Below the pieces are notes generated by a model, which was given only the letters and a program-made list of their open reading frames with translations, did no database searches and had not been told where the DNA came from. From Mobula hypostoma (lineage: Eukaryota): 64,000 nucleotides of DNA. The position numbers and the translations under genes were made by a program. Positions within the stretch are counted from its first letter, which is position 1, and every line of letters starts with the position of its first letter. The DNA lies in assembly GCF_963921235.1 (NCBI RefSeq), contig NC_086109.1, forward strand, positions 18,974,001 through 19,038,000. The letters run 5' to 3'. Below are positions 63,855-64,000 of this stretch, piece after piece.

Positions 63855-64000
63855 TTGGTCAGAGTTCACCATGGATATTGTATCCTAGATATCTGGATGC
63901 GCAAGCCTGGGCAGTACGATATGGAAAACAAGCTGTTTCCCATGCAGCAGGCTCCCCTTCTCCACGCAACTGATGAACCCCAAGGAACGGCAGGGGCCGA
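63855..64000 (-). mobile_element. Copy of the 790-1325 element family, cut by the window end
   Basis: Reverse complement matches 1160-1290. Confidence 0.55.

Noticed and set aside
1..64000. CRISPR arrays, operons, rRNA genes or endogenous viral genes
   Set aside because: No repeat-spacer arrays, prokaryotic gene organisation, rRNA motifs or viral protein motifs were seen.

Overview
This is a repeat-dense vertebrate genomic window, not a prokaryotic one. The mix of abundant CR1 LINEs, HE1/V-SINE-like tRNA SINEs, Penelope-like elements (PLEs), Rex/Babar, RTE, Tx1 and Tc1 suggests a cartilaginous fish, probably a ray or shark (inference). Nearly all long ORFs are decayed retrotransposon or transposase fragments, or their antisense shadows, and no intact multi-exon host gene is visible. 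One good candidate coding exon of an unrecognised gene lies on the minus strand (51124-51244), and several repeat-free AT-rich blocks look like possible enhancers, so the window may be intronic. The most notable signals are: (1) a dispersed family of minimal type-I hammerhead ribozyme motifs in PLE pseudo-LTRs, including a 138-bp internally inverted ribozyme-bearing insertion with a target-site duplication (TSD); (2) short non-autonomous RTE derivatives and a tRNA-CORE-RTE SINE whose tails match other elements in the same window; (3) two inverted SINE copies sharing a ~100-bp 3' extension; (4) a fold-back junction between two CR1 copies; (5) many cleanly bounded insertions (Tx1, RTE, solo LTRs, hAT MITEs, IR/DR Tc1). 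All family names come from motif recognition by eye, not database searches. Boundaries without a stated TSD are approximate.
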